Source: an uncultured Parvibaculaceae bacterium (GTDB lineage Bacteria; Pseudomonadota; Alphaproteobacteria; CGMCC-115125). Taken from it: a DNA stretch of 24,000 bases. A model generated the notes under the pieces. It was not told where the DNA came from. It searched no databases and saw nothing but the letters and a program-made list of their open reading frames with translations. Within the stretch, counting starts at the first letter, position 1; each line of letters starts with the position of its first letter. The position numbers and the translations under genes are program-made. The DNA is taken from assembly GCA_964511745.1 (NCBI GenBank), contig CAZEHX010000002.1, forward strand, positions 61,846-85,845, read 5' to 3'. Of the stretch, positions 1 to 9,757 are shown piece after piece.

Positions 1-265
1 AATTTTCGTTGTCCATAAAGGTCAGCATGTCGCCGGATTCGAACAGGAACTGGAAATCGCGTGTATCCACGCGAACTTTCTCTACCGACTCCGATGAGCG
101 AAAGCGCTCGTTGAGCTTGGTGCCGTCGATGAGGTTTTTCAGTTCCACCTGCGCATAGGCGCCGCCTTTGCCAGGCTTGACGCTTTGCACTTTGACGGCA
201 GCCCACAGGCCGCCTTTGTGCTCGATAACGTTGCCGGGGCGGATTTCGTTTCCGTTGATCTTCAT
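1..265 (-). CDS. efp: Elongation factor P, N-terminal part (gene runs off the left edge)
   Basis: Absent from the ORF track because it is truncated. My reverse-strand translation from the ATG at 265..263 reads [88 protein letters not shown]. This is the typical EF-P N-terminal domain, including the VKPGKGGA loop. Confidence 0.85.
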   Translation of the reverse strand, partial: MKINGNEIRPGNVIEHKGGLWAAVKVQSVKPGKGGAYAQVELKNLIDGTKLNERFRSSESVEKVRVDTRDFQFLFESGDMLTFMDNEN

Positions 266-405
266 GGGGCGGTGCCTTCACGGGGGTTTGTTCGGTGCCT
301 ACCATGGGCGGGCGGGCCTGACATGCACCAGCGCGGGCCTATACGCAAGGGGAGGCGCATGGCGAGGTTAAGCGAAACCGGCCAAGGCGTGGGCCAAATG
401 GCGGG

Positions 406-1503
406 TTAGCGGGGGGTCCGCTCCGCCAGCCATTTGCCTGCTCGGGCGTCGCCATCGCTACGCTGGGCGGCGGTGAGATGCTTGGTGAAGCGCGTATCCA
501 ACTCTTTATCCTCAAAACCTGCGGCGGTGGAAAGCGAATGCCATTTCCAGGCCTCCGCCATATCTGCTGTAACGCCGCGGCCCATTACGTAAAGGCGGGC
601 GAGGCGGTTCTGCGCGATCAGGTGGCCCTGGTCTGCCGCCTTTTGATAGAGGGTTGCGGCCTTTGCTTCATCCTTGGTCGTGCCAAGGCCCTGATAGGTG
701 AGATAGGCGAGGGCTGACTGCGCGTCCGCCATGCCCTGCGCGGCTGCGGGGGTAAACCAGCGCGCGGCGGTGACATTATCAACCGGCTGGCCGAGGCCCT
801 GGGCTGCGGCCAAACCAAGATTGTATTGTGCATCCGGGTGGCCCTGAGCCGCGGCCAGTTCAAACCATCGGCGGGCAGCTGCATGGTCGGGAGAGCCGTC
901 CGACAGGCTACCCGCCGCATAAAGCACACCCAGATTGAATTGCGCGTCGGGGCTGCCTTTCTCGGCTGCTGTGCGGAACCAGCGCGCGGCTTCGGGGATA
1001 CTAGGGTCTGTACCGATGCCGCGGGCATGGCGCAGGCCGGTTTCGACCATGGCGGGCAGGGAGCCTGCGTCGGCGGCAACAAGAAAGAGCCGTGTGGCTT
1101 CGCGCTCACGCGCATTTGCATCGTTGGGGTCCATGCCGGGCGGGGTGAGAGTGCCGTCAGCCGTGACCGTGGCCAGAGCATAGGCGCCGGATGGTTCGCC
1201 ATTGGCCGCCGCCGAGCGCAGCCAGCGTCCCGCTTCGTACAGATCCTGCTGGATGCCTTTGCCGTCGAGGTATATCTGGCCGAGCAACGCCTGCGCTGCC
1301 GGGTCGCCGTTTTCAGCTGCCGACCGCAGGAATGCTGCGGCGCGCGGAACGTCGTCGGCCTTGAGCGCTTCGACTGCCCGCGCCACTTCCGGCGATACGG
1401 TTTTGATTTGTGTGTTGGTCGCGTCTTCCACCTCTGCATAGGCAGCCGGGGTTGTGATCAGCAGGGCGAGAAGGGCGATCAGGCGGGGGGTGGATTTACG
1501 CAT
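406..1503 (-). CDS. Secreted Sel1-like (SLR/TPR-type) repeat protein
   Basis: ORF 406..1536. There are at least 6 tandem Sel1-type units, e.g. [18 protein letters not shown]...[65 protein letters not shown] and [28 protein letters not shown]. The likely start is the internal ATG at 1503 ([25 protein letters not shown]), which gives a Sec signal peptide and overlaps the thiE stop by 8 nt (ATGCGTAA). Confidence 0.8.
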   Translation of the reverse strand: MRKSTPRLIALLALLITTPAAYAEVEDATNTQIKTVSPEVARAVEALKADDVPRAAAFLRSAAENGDPAAQALLGQIYLDGKGIQQDLYEAGRWLRSAAANGEPSGAYALATVTADGTLTPPGMDPNDANAREREATRLFLVAADAGSLPAMVETGLRHARGIGTDPSIPEAARWFRTAAEKGSPDAQFNLGVLYAAGSLSDGSPDHAAARRWFELAAAQGHPDAQYNLGLAAAQGLGQPVDNVTAARWFTPAAAQGMADAQSALAYLTYQGLGTTKDEAKAATLYQKAADQGHLIAQNRLARLYVMGRGVTADMAEAWKWHSLSTAAGFEDKELDTRFTKHLTAAQRSDGDARAGKWLAERTPR

Positions 1504-2164
1504 TTGTCTCCAGCAGAACTTGGGGCGTTTGGGCAATCACTTCGTTGAGTGCCCTGACCGCCTGTGCAGGCCCCCCGGCCTCTTGTGAATGCGACCATAC
1601 GCCAGAGGAGACTGCAAGAAAATCTGCGCCTGCAGCAACCAGGGGCGCTGCATTTTCAGCTGTGATGCCGCCAATGGCGATGCAGGGCACCTCAAACAAC
1701 CGTTGCCACCAGGAGAGGATTTCCGGTTGGGCGCGGGCGGAGGCGGCCTTGGTGGTGGTGTCGTAGAAGGCGCCGAAGGCCACATAGTCGGCGCCCTGTT
1801 CACCTGCACGCATGGCGAGGTGGCGGCTGTCATGGCAGGTGACGCCGATGATTGCATCTGCGCCAAGGAGTGCCCGCGCGTCCTCGTAGGACGCATCCTC
1901 CTGGCCGATATGAACGCCGTCGGCACCGGTCTTTGCGGCAAGGTCGGGGCGGTCATTGATGAGGAAGGCCACGTCATGGTCGTGAGCAATCGGCATCAAG
2001 GTTTCAGCTGCCTTGATGATGGTGGCGTCATCCGCCTCCTTGAGGCGAAGCTGCAGACAGGCGACATCGCCTGCCTTCAACGCGCTCTCAAGCACATGCG
2101 AAAACGCGGCGACGTCGTCGAGACGCGGCGGCGTGATCAGATACAGGCGGCAAATGGGCTTCAC
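1496..2164 (-). CDS. thiE: Thiamine-phosphate synthase
   Basis: ORF 1496..2218. It shows ThiE/TMP-TENI fold features: RLYLITPP..., [45 protein letters not shown] and IAIGGI. The track's start at 2218 is a TTG lying 50 nt inside fba. A GTG at 2164, 4 nt after the fba stop, gives [13 protein letters not shown] and is the likelier start. Confidence 0.85.
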   Translation of the reverse strand: MKPICRLYLITPPRLDDVAAFSHVLESALKAGDVACLQLRLKEADDATIIKAAETLMPIAHDHDVAFLINDRPDLAAKTGADGVHIGQEDASYEDARALLGADAIIGVTCHDSRHLAMRAGEQGADYVAFGAFYDTTTKAASARAQPEILSWWQRLFEVPCIAIGGITAENAAPLVAAGADFLAVSSGVWSHSQEAGGPAQAVRALNEVIAQTPQVLLETNA

Positions 2165-2168
2165 GGGC

Positions 2169-3203
2169 TTAGGCAGCCTCTTTCTCCACCTGTTCGGTCC
2201 AGTTGCCGGTTGTGGCAAGCGAATTCATGCGGGCGCGATGCAGGAAGGCTGCCTGTCCCTTGGACCAGTTGTTGTTGTTGCCAGCCCAGGCTTTTTGCGG
2301 CGCTGCTTGAAGGGCGCGGCCATAGGAGAAGGAAAGGGCCCAGGGCAGGTCGTCGTGTGTGTTCATGGCGTTGAGATGGGCTGTTGCGTCATGGTCCGAC
2401 TGGCCACCGGAGAGGAAGACGATGCCGGGTACTGCCGGGGGCACACATTCCTTCATGAGCTTGACTGTTTTTTCCGCGACTTCGTCAACGCCAGCCTGCT
2501 TTGCGCACAGTTTGCCTGCAATGGCCATATTGGGTTTGAGGATCGAGCCCTCGAGTTTGACGCCTGCGTAGTCGAGCTCCTGGTAAAGCTCCTTCAGCGC
2601 CCATTTGGTGACGTCGTAGCAGGTGTCGATGTCGTGATCGCCGTCCATGAGTACTTCCGGCTCCACGATGGGGACGATGCCCTGCTCCTGCGCGAGCGCT
2701 GCATAGCGGGCAAGGGCATGGGTGTTGGCGTGGATGCAGTTGTGCGACGGCTTGGAGCGGTCACCCTTGCTGCCGATTTCGATGACGGCGCGCCATTTGG
2801 CGAAGCGGGCGCCCAGCGCGTGATACTCGGCGAAACGTTCGCGCAGGCCGTCGAGGCCTTCTGTCACCTTCTCGCCATTGCTGCCGGCAAGAGGTTTGGC
2901 GCCGGCATCGACCTTGATGCCGGGGATCGCGCCTGCGGCCTTGATGATCTCAACCAGCGGCGTGCCGTCTTTGGCTTTCTGGCGGATGGTTTCATCATAC
3001 AGAATGACGCCAGAAATATACTCGCGCATGGCCTCGTCGGTGCGGAACAGCATCTCGCGGTAATCACGGCGCGACTCAGCAGTCGACTCGGTGTTGATGG
3101 CATCAAAGCGCTTCTTGATGGTGCCAGTGCTTTCGTCGGCAGCCAGGATGCCTTTGCCGGGGGCCACCATGCGCTGGGCGATGTCTTCAATGGTTTCGGT
3201 CAT
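2169..3203 (-). CDS. fba: Fructose-bisphosphate aldolase, class I
   Basis: 344-aa ORF. The N-terminus [18 protein letters not shown], plus [28 protein letters not shown] and [10 protein letters not shown] (Schiff-base Lys region) are class I aldolase signatures. Confidence 0.9.
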   Translation of the reverse strand: MTETIEDIAQRMVAPGKGILAADESTGTIKKRFDAINTESTAESRRDYREMLFRTDEAMREYISGVILYDETIRQKAKDGTPLVEIIKAAGAIPGIKVDAGAKPLAGSNGEKVTEGLDGLRERFAEYHALGARFAKWRAVIEIGSKGDRSKPSHNCIHANTHALARYAALAQEQGIVPIVEPEVLMDGDHDIDTCYDVTKWALKELYQELDYAGVKLEGSILKPNMAIAGKLCAKQAGVDEVAEKTVKLMKECVPPAVPGIVFLSGGQSDHDATAHLNAMNTHDDLPWALSFSYGRALQAAPQKAWAGNNNNWSKGQAAFLHRARMNSLATTGNWTEQVEKEAA

Positions 3204-3245
3204 CGTTTTCCGTTCCCCTTGATGCGTAGTGGTGAAGCGTACGGG

Positions 3246-4484
3246 TTAGGCGGCCTTGATCCGGCCGCTAAGTGCCTCAACGCCCGGCAATGCTTTTCCC
3301 TCTAGCCATTCAAGAAAGGCACCGCCTGCGGTTGAGACGTATGAGAAATCATCCGCCGCGCCTGCATTATTGAGGGCGGCAACCGTGTCGCCGCCACCGG
3401 CGACGGAGTTGAGCTGGCCCATTTTCGTCAGCATTGCCACATGCCGGGCTGCGGCATTGGTGCCGTTATCAAAAGGGGCGATCTCAAAGGCGCCCAATGG
3501 CCCGTTCCAAACCACGGTTTTTGCCGTTTCAAACCGTGCGCCCAACTCTGCGATCGTGTTGGGGCCGACGTCCAGAATCATATAGCCGTCGGGCACCTTG
3601 TCCACAGGTACAGTTTGGCAAGGGGCCATGGCCTTGAATTCTTTTGCCACCACAACGTCACTGGGGAGGAGGACCTGACAGCCGACTTTTTCGGCCTTGG
3701 CCAGAATATCGCGAGCGGTGTCGCCTAGATCATGCTCGCAAAGGGAGGCTTTGACGTCGATGCCCTGTGCTGCGAGGAATGTATTGGCCATGCCGCCACC
3801 GATGGCGAGATAATCAACCCGCTCAACCAGATTGCCGAGAAGCTCCAGCTTGGTGGAAATCTTGGCGCCACCGACAATGGCGACAACCGGTTTTTCCGGT
3901 TTGGCGAGCGCGCTTTCAAGGGCTGTCAGTTCGGCTTCCATAGCGCGGCCCGCATAGGCAGGCAGGCGATGGGCGATGGCTTCCGTTGAGGCATGGGCGC
4001 GGTGGGCGGACGAGAATGCATCATTGACGTAGATATTGCCCAGCGCTGCCAGCGCATCCGCAAAACTTGCGTCGTTTTTTGTCTCACCTTTGTGGAAGCG
4101 GGTGTTTTCCAGAAGGACGATGCTGCCGGGCTTTGCTGTTGCAATGACGGATGAGGCGGCCTCGCCGATGCAATCATCAGCGAAGGTGACATCAAGGCCG
4201 GTTGCCTCTTTAAGAGCCGGCATCACGGGCTTCAGGGAAAATTCCAGCTTACGTTCGCCTTTGGGGCGACCGAAATGCGATAGCAGCACGACGACGGCGC
4301 CTTTGGCTGCAAGGTCGCGGATGGTGGGAACGATGCGCTCAATACGGGTTGCGTCGCTGACCTCGCCGTCCTTAAGGGGGACGTTGAGGTCAGCACGCAT
4401 CAGCACGCGTTTGCCGGTAATGTCGCCTGTTGCAAAAAGATCGTCCAAGGTGAGGAACGAATTCTTACTCATGGCGATACTCAC
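3246..4484 (-). CDS. pgk: Phosphoglycerate kinase
   Basis: 412-aa ORF containing [59 protein letters not shown] and [14 protein letters not shown]. The track's start at 4484 is a GTG. An ATG at 4472 (MSKNSF...) is an equally plausible start. Confidence 0.92.
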   Translation of the reverse strand: MSIAMSKNSFLTLDDLFATGDITGKRVLMRADLNVPLKDGEVSDATRIERIVPTIRDLAAKGAVVVLLSHFGRPKGERKLEFSLKPVMPALKEATGLDVTFADDCIGEAASSVIATAKPGSIVLLENTRFHKGETKNDASFADALAALGNIYVNDAFSSAHRAHASTEAIAHRLPAYAGRAMEAELTALESALAKPEKPVVAIVGGAKISTKLELLGNLVERVDYLAIGGGMANTFLAAQGIDVKASLCEHDLGDTARDILAKAEKVGCQVLLPSDVVVAKEFKAMAPCQTVPVDKVPDGYMILDVGPNTIAELGARFETAKTVVWNGPLGAFEIAPFDNGTNAAARHVAMLTKMGQLNSVAGGGDTVAALNNAGAADDFSYVSTAGGAFLEWLEGKALPGVEALSGRIKAA

Positions 4485-4508
4485 AGGCTCCGGTTTTGTT
4501 TGGGTGGA

Positions 4509-5519
4509 CTAACGCAGCTTCGACATGGCGACGGCGGTGTCGGCCATGCGGTTGGCGAAGCCCCACTCGTTGTCATACCAGGACAGAACGCGGCCCATCT
4601 TGCCTTCGATGACCTGTGTCTGGGTCAGATCGAACGTGGAGGAGGCCGGGTTGTGGTTGAAGTCCATGGAGACGAGCGGCTTGTCGTTGACGGCAAGAAT
4701 GCCCTTCAGCGGCTTGGTGCGCGCGGCTTCCTTCATCGCAGCATTGATGGCTTCGACGCTCAGATCCTTCTTGGCAGTGAATACCAGGTCGATCATGGAG
4801 ACGTTGGGGGTTGGCACACGCACGGCGGTACCATCCAGCTTGCCGGCAAGTTGCGGCAGCACAAGGCCGACGGCTTTGGCGGCACCCGTTGAGGTGGGGA
4901 TGATGTTGCAGGCAGCGGCGCGGGCGCGGTGCATGTCACTATGCAGAGTGTCGAGCGTCGGCTGGTCACCGGTGTAGGCGTGAACGGTGGTCATGTAACC
5001 ACGCTCAATGCCGAACGTATCGTGCAGTACCTTGGCGACAGGCGCCAGGCAGTTGGTGGTGCATGACGCGTTGGAAACAACCGTGTGCGACTTCTTCAGC
5101 GCATCATTGTTGACGCCGTAAACGACCGTGAGGTCAGCGCCTGATGCCGGGGCTGAGACAAGCACGCGCTTGGCGCCGGCCTTGAGATGAGCCGATGCTT
5201 TTTCTTTCGAGGCAAAGATGCCGGTGCATTCAAGGGCGATGTCGATGCCCAGTTCGCCCCAGGGGAGGTCTGCCGGGTTGCGCTCTGCGGTCACCTTGAT
5301 CTTGTTGCCGTCAACGGTGATCGAATCCTTGGTGTTGCTTACCTTGGCGGGGAAGCGGCCATGGACCGTGTCGTATTGCAAAAGGTGGGCGTTGGCTTCA
5401 GCGGAGCCCAGATCGTTGATGGCAACGACCTGAATGTCCTTGCGGCCCGACTCGATGATGCCGCGCAGGACCAGACGACCAATGCGTCCAAAACCGTTGA
5501 TCGCAACTTTTACAGCCAT
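4509..5519 (-). CDS. gap: Glyceraldehyde-3-phosphate dehydrogenase (type I)
   Basis: The track ORF 4509..5681 is over-extended. The ATG at 5519 gives [16 protein letters not shown] (NAD-binding motif) preceded by AAGGTGAG. It also has the [12 protein letters not shown] active-site motif and the WYDNEWGF C-terminus. Confidence 0.92.
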   Translation of the reverse strand: MAVKVAINGFGRIGRLVLRGIIESGRKDIQVVAINDLGSAEANAHLLQYDTVHGRFPAKVSNTKDSITVDGNKIKVTAERNPADLPWGELGIDIALECTGIFASKEKASAHLKAGAKRVLVSAPASGADLTVVYGVNNDALKKSHTVVSNASCTTNCLAPVAKVLHDTFGIERGYMTTVHAYTGDQPTLDTLHSDMHRARAAACNIIPTSTGAAKAVGLVLPQLAGKLDGTAVRVPTPNVSMIDLVFTAKKDLSVEAINAAMKEAARTKPLKGILAVNDKPLVSMDFNHNPASSTFDLTQTQVIEGKMGRVLSWYDNEWGFANRMADTAVAMSKLR

Positions 5520-5773
5520 GTTCTTACTCACCTTCATGCAAAAAGTGTCTGCTAAAGAGCGGTCCGGACATGAGGAATTGCCGCCGCCGCTCGGGCGTTG
5601 GCGTGGGTATAGCGAAACCTCACCTGTGATGGAAGGCGCACAGAGCGTGAATCCGCTATGTGCTTGAGCGCAAGACACCAACTCAGTCGGAATTTCGACC
5701 GTCTCATTTGGTTGTCTCCGGGCATGGGCAAGATTAGAGTTTCCAATGTCGCTTTTAGGGGGAGGATTGAAAG

Positions 5774-6058
5774 ATGCAGGTTTTTTTCTTTTTGGCCTAT
5801 TTGGTGATTGGGCTTGTCCAGCTCTTTGCTGTCGCAGATGGCATTGAGGTAGCTACAGACTTGCCTGCGTTTGTTGCGATGTTTTTAGCCTTGCTGTTGA
5901 CTTACATTCCGCTGCTAGGGGCCGGTTTGGGGGTTTATGGTGCCGTTGAAGTTTGGAACTGGGAACTGCTTCAGGCAGTGCTCCTATTTTTCTGGTACGT
6001 GCCGGTCTATCTGGCCTTTATGATAATTGGCTCTATCGCAGATCGTCGTGCACCTTGA
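5774..6058 (+). CDS. Small hydrophobic protein (about 3 predicted TM segments), unknown family
   Basis: 94-aa ORF with a strong GGGAGG Shine-Dalgarno 8 nt upstream of the ATG. It is very hydrophobic ([62 protein letters not shown]). It lies in a low-GC patch. I do not recognise the family. Confidence 0.55.
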   Translation: MQVFFFLAYLVIGLVQLFAVADGIEVATDLPAFVAMFLALLLTYIPLLGAGLGVYGAVEVWNWELLQAVLLFFWYVPVYLAFMIIGSIADRRAP

Positions 6059-6066
6059 ATAAGGTT

Positions 6067-6456
6067 ATGGGTATTCCTGCGCTAGAATACTGGTTCTCAA
6101 TCTCCATACGCCGCAATCGCAAGAGTTTCATGCTGGCTTCTTTGGCACTCTTTGCTGTTGTGATTGGTTTTTTGTTTTTGTTTTCTCAGTTTGAGCCGAA
6201 TAGACGTGCAGCAACGCTCATTGTGTTGCTTTTTGGAATTCCATTTATTGTCGCGCAGTACACGCTGACTTCCCAACGATTAAGGGATATCGGGCTAACC
6301 GGTTGGTTGGCGTTGTTGTGGATACCTGTATCAATACTCGATAGACCAGCTGCTGGAGCAATTGGGTTGGTTGCCTTGATAGTGCTTTGCAGCGTCCCAG
6401 GGACAATTGGACCAAACAGATACGGGCCTGATCCAATCGGCGATACCTCTGACTAG
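6067..6456 (+). CDS. DUF805-family inner-membrane protein (YhaH/YhaI-like)
   Basis: ORF 5953..6456, with the likely start at ATG 6067, 9 nt after the upstream stop. It has N-terminal YW...RRNRKSF, then TM segments. It also has QRLRDIGLTGWLALLW (the RLHD.G.SGWW-type motif) and the C-terminal GTIGPNRYGPDP motif typical of DUF805. Confidence 0.7.
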   Translation: MGIPALEYWFSISIRRNRKSFMLASLALFAVVIGFLFLFSQFEPNRRAATLIVLLFGIPFIVAQYTLTSQRLRDIGLTGWLALLWIPVSILDRPAAGAIGLVALIVLCSVPGTIGPNRYGPDPIGDTSD

Positions 6457-6481
6457 CTTCCTGAGGTTGGTAGCTACCTAA

Positions 6482-8518
6482 TTAGACCCGCTCGCGAACG
6501 GCCAGAGCAACGGCTTCCGGCGTGATGCCGAAATGCTTGTACAGCTCTTTGTAGGGGCCGCTGGCGCCAAAGCCGGTCATGCCGACAAAGCCGCCTTTGT
6601 CACCCACATACCGCGCCCACCCCATTTCGATGCCCGCTTCGACGGCCACGCGCACGGTATTGGGGCGCAGGATGTCGTCGCGATAGGCGGCGGGCTGGGC
6701 GTTGAAGAGTTCCTGACTGGGCATTGAAACAACGCGGGTGGGGATGCCATCCGCCTGCAGCAGCTTGCGGGCGGCAAGGGCAATGCCGATTTCAGAGCCT
6801 GTGGCGATCAGGGTTGCGGTTGCCTCGCCGTCGGCAGGGGCCAGCTCGTAGGCACCACGGGCACTCAGATTTTCGTCCGTGTGCTTGGTGCGCACAGTTT
6901 CGAGATTCTGGCGGGTCAAGGCGATGGCGCTGGGGCCGTCGGCATTTTTGAGGGCGGCTTCCCAGGATTCGGCAGTTTCAACCGCATCGGCCGGGCGGAA
7001 CACTTTGAGGTTGGGAATGGCACGCAGGGCGGCCAGATGCTCAACCGGCTGGTGAGTGGGGCCGTCTTCGCCAAGGCCGATGGAATCGTGGCTGAACACG
7101 TAAATGACGCGACGCTGCATCAGTGCTGCCAGACGGATCGACGGGCGGCAATAATCGGCGAAGACGAGGAAGGTGCCGCCATAGGGGATTAGACCCTTAT
7201 GTAGCGCCATGCCGTTCATGGCAGCAGCCATGCCGTGCTCGCGGATGCCGTAATGGATATAGCTGCCGCCAAAATCATCCGCAGTAACAGAGCGCTGGCT
7301 CTTGGCACGGGTGTTGTTGGAGCCGGTCAGGTCAGCGGAGCCGCCGACAAGTTCGGGGACCACGTCTGCGAGTGTCTGGAGCGTGGTTTCCGACGCCTTG
7401 CGGGAGGCGACGGCCTTCTTTTCGTCGGTGAAGGCGCGTTTGACCTTGTTGATTTCCGCGTGCAGCGCGTTGGGGAGCGAGCCTGTCTGAGTGCGGTCGA
7501 ATTCGCTGCGCAGGGCTTCAGGCGCTGCTGCCAGACGCTTTTGCCACGCGGCACGGTCCTTTGCGGCGCGCAGACCTGCAACACGCCATGCATCCAGCAC
7601 ATTGGCTGGAATCTCAAAGGGGGCGCTGGTCCAACCAAGGGCCTTGCGGGTGCCGGCGATCTCGTCGGCACCAAGGGGCGCCCCATGGGATCCGGACGTC
7701 CCCTCCTTGGTGGGCGCGCCAAAGCCGATTTTGGTGCGGCAGGCGATCATCGAAGGTTTGTTCGTGGTACGGGCGTACTCGATGGCGGCAGCGATTGCTT
7801 CGGGATCGTGGCCATCAATGCGGGTGGCATCCCAGCCGGCGGCTTCGAAGCGGGCAATCTGATCACCGGATTCCGATAGGTCCAGCGAGCCATCAATTGT
7901 GATGCCGTTGTCATCAAACAGGACGATGAGGCGGGAAAGCTTCAGGTGGCCTGCCAGCGAGATGGCTTCGTGGCTGATGCCTTCCATAAGGTCGCCGTCG
8001 GACGCGATGACATAGGTGAAGTGGTCAACCAGATCGTCGCCGTAGCGGGCATTAAGCATCCGCTCGGCCAGTGCCATGCCGACGGAGGAGGAAATGCCCT
8101 GGCCCAAGGGGCCGGTGGTCATTTCAACACCCGGCGTGTGGTCAACTTCCGGGTGACCGGGGGTCAGCGAGCCGAGCTGGCGGAAACTCTTAAGCTGGTC
8201 GATGGTCATGTCCTCGTAGCCGAGGAGATGCAGCAGCGCGTATTGCAGCATGGAGCCGTGCCCGGCGGAGAGCACGAAACGGTCGCGGTCAGCCCAGTTG
8301 GGGTCCTGCGGGCAGAATTTCATGAACTTGGTGAACAGCACCGTGGCAACGTCGGCCATGCCCATTGGCATGCCCGGATGGCCGGACTGGGCGGCTTCCA
8401 CCGCGTCCATGGCCAGGGCACGGATGGCGTTGGCCATCATCGTGTGCTCCGCGTTTGAGGCGGAAGATACGGAATCGTCCGTCCCGGAGGAGACGGTGGC
8501 GCTGTTAGCTGATGTCAT
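6482..8518 (-). CDS. tkt: Transketolase
   Basis: 678-aa ORF containing [64 protein letters not shown] and [13 protein letters not shown] (TPP motif). It also has [15 protein letters not shown]. The Ser-rich first 26 aa may not be translated, because an ATG at 8440 (MMANAIRAL) has a GGAG upstream. Confidence 0.93.
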   Translation of the reverse strand: MTSANSATVSSGTDDSVSSASNAEHTMMANAIRALAMDAVEAAQSGHPGMPMGMADVATVLFTKFMKFCPQDPNWADRDRFVLSAGHGSMLQYALLHLLGYEDMTIDQLKSFRQLGSLTPGHPEVDHTPGVEMTTGPLGQGISSSVGMALAERMLNARYGDDLVDHFTYVIASDGDLMEGISHEAISLAGHLKLSRLIVLFDDNGITIDGSLDLSESGDQIARFEAAGWDATRIDGHDPEAIAAAIEYARTTNKPSMIACRTKIGFGAPTKEGTSGSHGAPLGADEIAGTRKALGWTSAPFEIPANVLDAWRVAGLRAAKDRAAWQKRLAAAPEALRSEFDRTQTGSLPNALHAEINKVKRAFTDEKKAVASRKASETTLQTLADVVPELVGGSADLTGSNNTRAKSQRSVTADDFGGSYIHYGIREHGMAAAMNGMALHKGLIPYGGTFLVFADYCRPSIRLAALMQRRVIYVFSHDSIGLGEDGPTHQPVEHLAALRAIPNLKVFRPADAVETAESWEAALKNADGPSAIALTRQNLETVRTKHTDENLSARGAYELAPADGEATATLIATGSEIGIALAARKLLQADGIPTRVVSMPSQELFNAQPAAYRDDILRPNTVRVAVEAGIEMGWARYVGDKGGFVGMTGFGASGPYKELYKHFGITPEAVALAVRERV

Positions 8519-8915
8519 ATTTGGGTTGCCTTGCTCTGCGCAGTCGGGGTGCCGCGACGCTCCCTGTTGAAAAGCTTTTTCGCGGCTGCCTCAAAAATTC
8601 CCTATGGCGGTCTTATGCCACCATCAGGGGCCATATGATCCGATTCGGATCGGCGGGGCCTCTTTTAAGCTCTGCCCGCTCGTAAAGATTGTGGTGGCCC
8701 GGCCGGATGGTCCAGCACAGGTCGCCAATTCGGGCGGGAGAATGACGAGGTGCTCTTGCAACGTCAACATGCCCGTGGCACGCCGTATGCGGTATGTTCA
8801 CTGCCGTTGACCGTTGCACGGCGGGCTGAATACGTTATGTCATCTACCTGTTGCATATTCGCCGCGGCGATTTTGAGAACTGGGAACCATCGGACGTGAA
8901 GATCGGGTCCAAATC

Positions 8916-9182
8916 ATGAGTAAGCTTGATGCCGCCATGCAGCGGTTTTCCTCGGCGCTTGACCAGCTGGAGGCGGGGATCAACCGGCGTGGTATCAAAT
9001 CGCAGTCTGCATCGGCGACAGAGCGCGAGCTGGTGGCGCTGCGCGAGGACCGCTCGCGGCTGGCCGACGAGCTGGATCGGGTGAAGGCGCAGGCGCGCGA
9101 ATTGGATGAAACGGCGGGTGATGTTTCCGGACGGCTGGAGGATGCCATTGCCGGCATCCGCGCCGTGCTTGAGCCCTCATAG
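8916..9182 (+). CDS. Small coiled-coil protein, DUF4164 / ZauP-like (ZapA-associated)
   Basis: 88-aa ORF immediately upstream of zapA with a 14-nt gap. It has heptad-like, charged coiled-coil composition (RELVALREDRSRLADELDRVKAQARELDE). Both the position and the composition match the alphaproteobacterial ZapA partner ZauP. Confidence 0.6.
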   Translation: MSKLDAAMQRFSSALDQLEAGINRRGIKSQSASATERELVALREDRSRLADELDRVKAQARELDETAGDVSGRLEDAIAGIRAVLEPS

Positions 9183-9196
9183 GACAACGAAACGCA

Positions 9197-9556
9197 ATGG
9201 CGCAGGTTACCGTCAAAATAAATGGCCGCATCTACACGCTGGCCTGTGACGATGGCGAAGAGCAGCATCTGGAGGGGCTTGCCTCCTACCTGGACCGGCA
9301 TGTGACCAATCTGGCGCAGGGCGTGGGGCAGGTGGGGGACCAGCGGCTGATGCTGATGGCCGGATTGCTGGTGGCTGACGAACTTTCCGAGGCGCTGGGC
9401 GAGATCAAGACGCTGCAGGACGAAGTTGCATCCCTCAAGGATGCGCGCGCGGGCGCTGCCACAAAGAGCCAGGACGCCGAAAATCAGGTGGCGGAAGTGC
9501 TGGAAGCTGCCGCCGGCCGTTTGGAAGAGATTGCCGGACGGCTTGAGGCACCCTAG
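9197..9556 (+). CDS. zapA: Cell division protein ZapA
   Basis: 119-aa ORF. The N-terminus VTVKINGRIYTLACDDGEEQHLEGLASYLD and the RLMLMAGLLVADEL region are the ZapA fold signature. The C-terminus is coiled-coil. Confidence 0.85.
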   Translation: MAQVTVKINGRIYTLACDDGEEQHLEGLASYLDRHVTNLAQGVGQVGDQRLMLMAGLLVADELSEALGEIKTLQDEVASLKDARAGAATKSQDAENQVAEVLEAAAGRLEEIAGRLEAP

Positions 9557-9574
9557 GTTCAATTCATCAATCAA

Positions 9575-9730
9575 GGGGCTGCCTGGTTCGCCAGGAGCCA
9601 CATTGCTCGGGGCCTTACGGTCTCTTAGGGAGCTGTCCCTGCCTGGGCCCGTGGGCCCGGGCATTACGGCGCCCACCTACAAGTGTAGGTTCCCGGGGAT
9701 TTCTGCTCCAGCGGCCAAGGCGGCCCTACT
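9575..9730 (+). ncRNA. ssrS: 6S RNA candidate
   Basis: It lies in the 201-nt zapA to 5-formyl-THF cyclo-ligase spacer, the classic ssrS locus. Hand folding gives a long closing stem: 5' GGGCUGCCUGG (9576-9586) pairs with CCAAGGCGGCCC (9715-9726). The stem continues with UCGC..GGAGC pairing with GCUCC.GCGG (9705-9714). A GC-rich terminal hairpin GCCUGGGCCC/GGGCCCGGGC sits at about 9641-9662. A 7-bp hairpin ACCUACA-AG-UGUAGGU (9674-9689) sits on the 3' side of the central region. A U-run follows at 9730-9734. The ends are approximate. Confidence 0.7.
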
Positions 9731-9757
9731 TTTTCTTCCTTTGATGATGTTTGCGCG

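Noticed and set aside
618-1548. Alternative-frame ORFs (618..1439 minus, 826..1548 plus) within the Sel1 gene
   Set aside because: Only the 406..1536 frame shows repeated Sel1 units and a signal peptide. The others are high-GC frame artefacts.
2165-2218. Possible TPP riboswitch or leader upstream of thiE
   Set aside because: This stretch is the 3' end of the fba coding sequence. There is no free non-coding space, and I saw no TPP-aptamer-like element such as CUGAGA.
2013-3305. 430-aa plus-strand ORF
   Set aside because: It is exactly antisense to the well-supported class I aldolase gene. The sequence is Gly/Ala/Val/Arg-rich with no motifs, as expected for stop-free antisense frames in high-GC DNA.
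5520-5681. 54-aa N-terminal extension of the gap ORF in the track
   Set aside because: The canonical GAPDH N-terminus [15 protein letters not shown] starts at the internal ATG at 5519, which has an AAGGTGAG RBS. The extension has no resemblance to GAPDH.
8604-8819. Mirrored 68-aa ORFs in the tkt upstream region
   Set aside because: They occupy the same interval on opposite strands. They have no RBS, and their Cys/His/Arg-rich composition is unlike real small proteins. They were treated as non-coding.
8840-9676. 278-aa minus-strand ORF spanning the zauP-like gene, zapA and part of the 6S region
   Set aside because: It is antisense to two well-supported plus-strand genes and to a structured RNA. 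It is Ser/Arg-rich low-complexity sequence.
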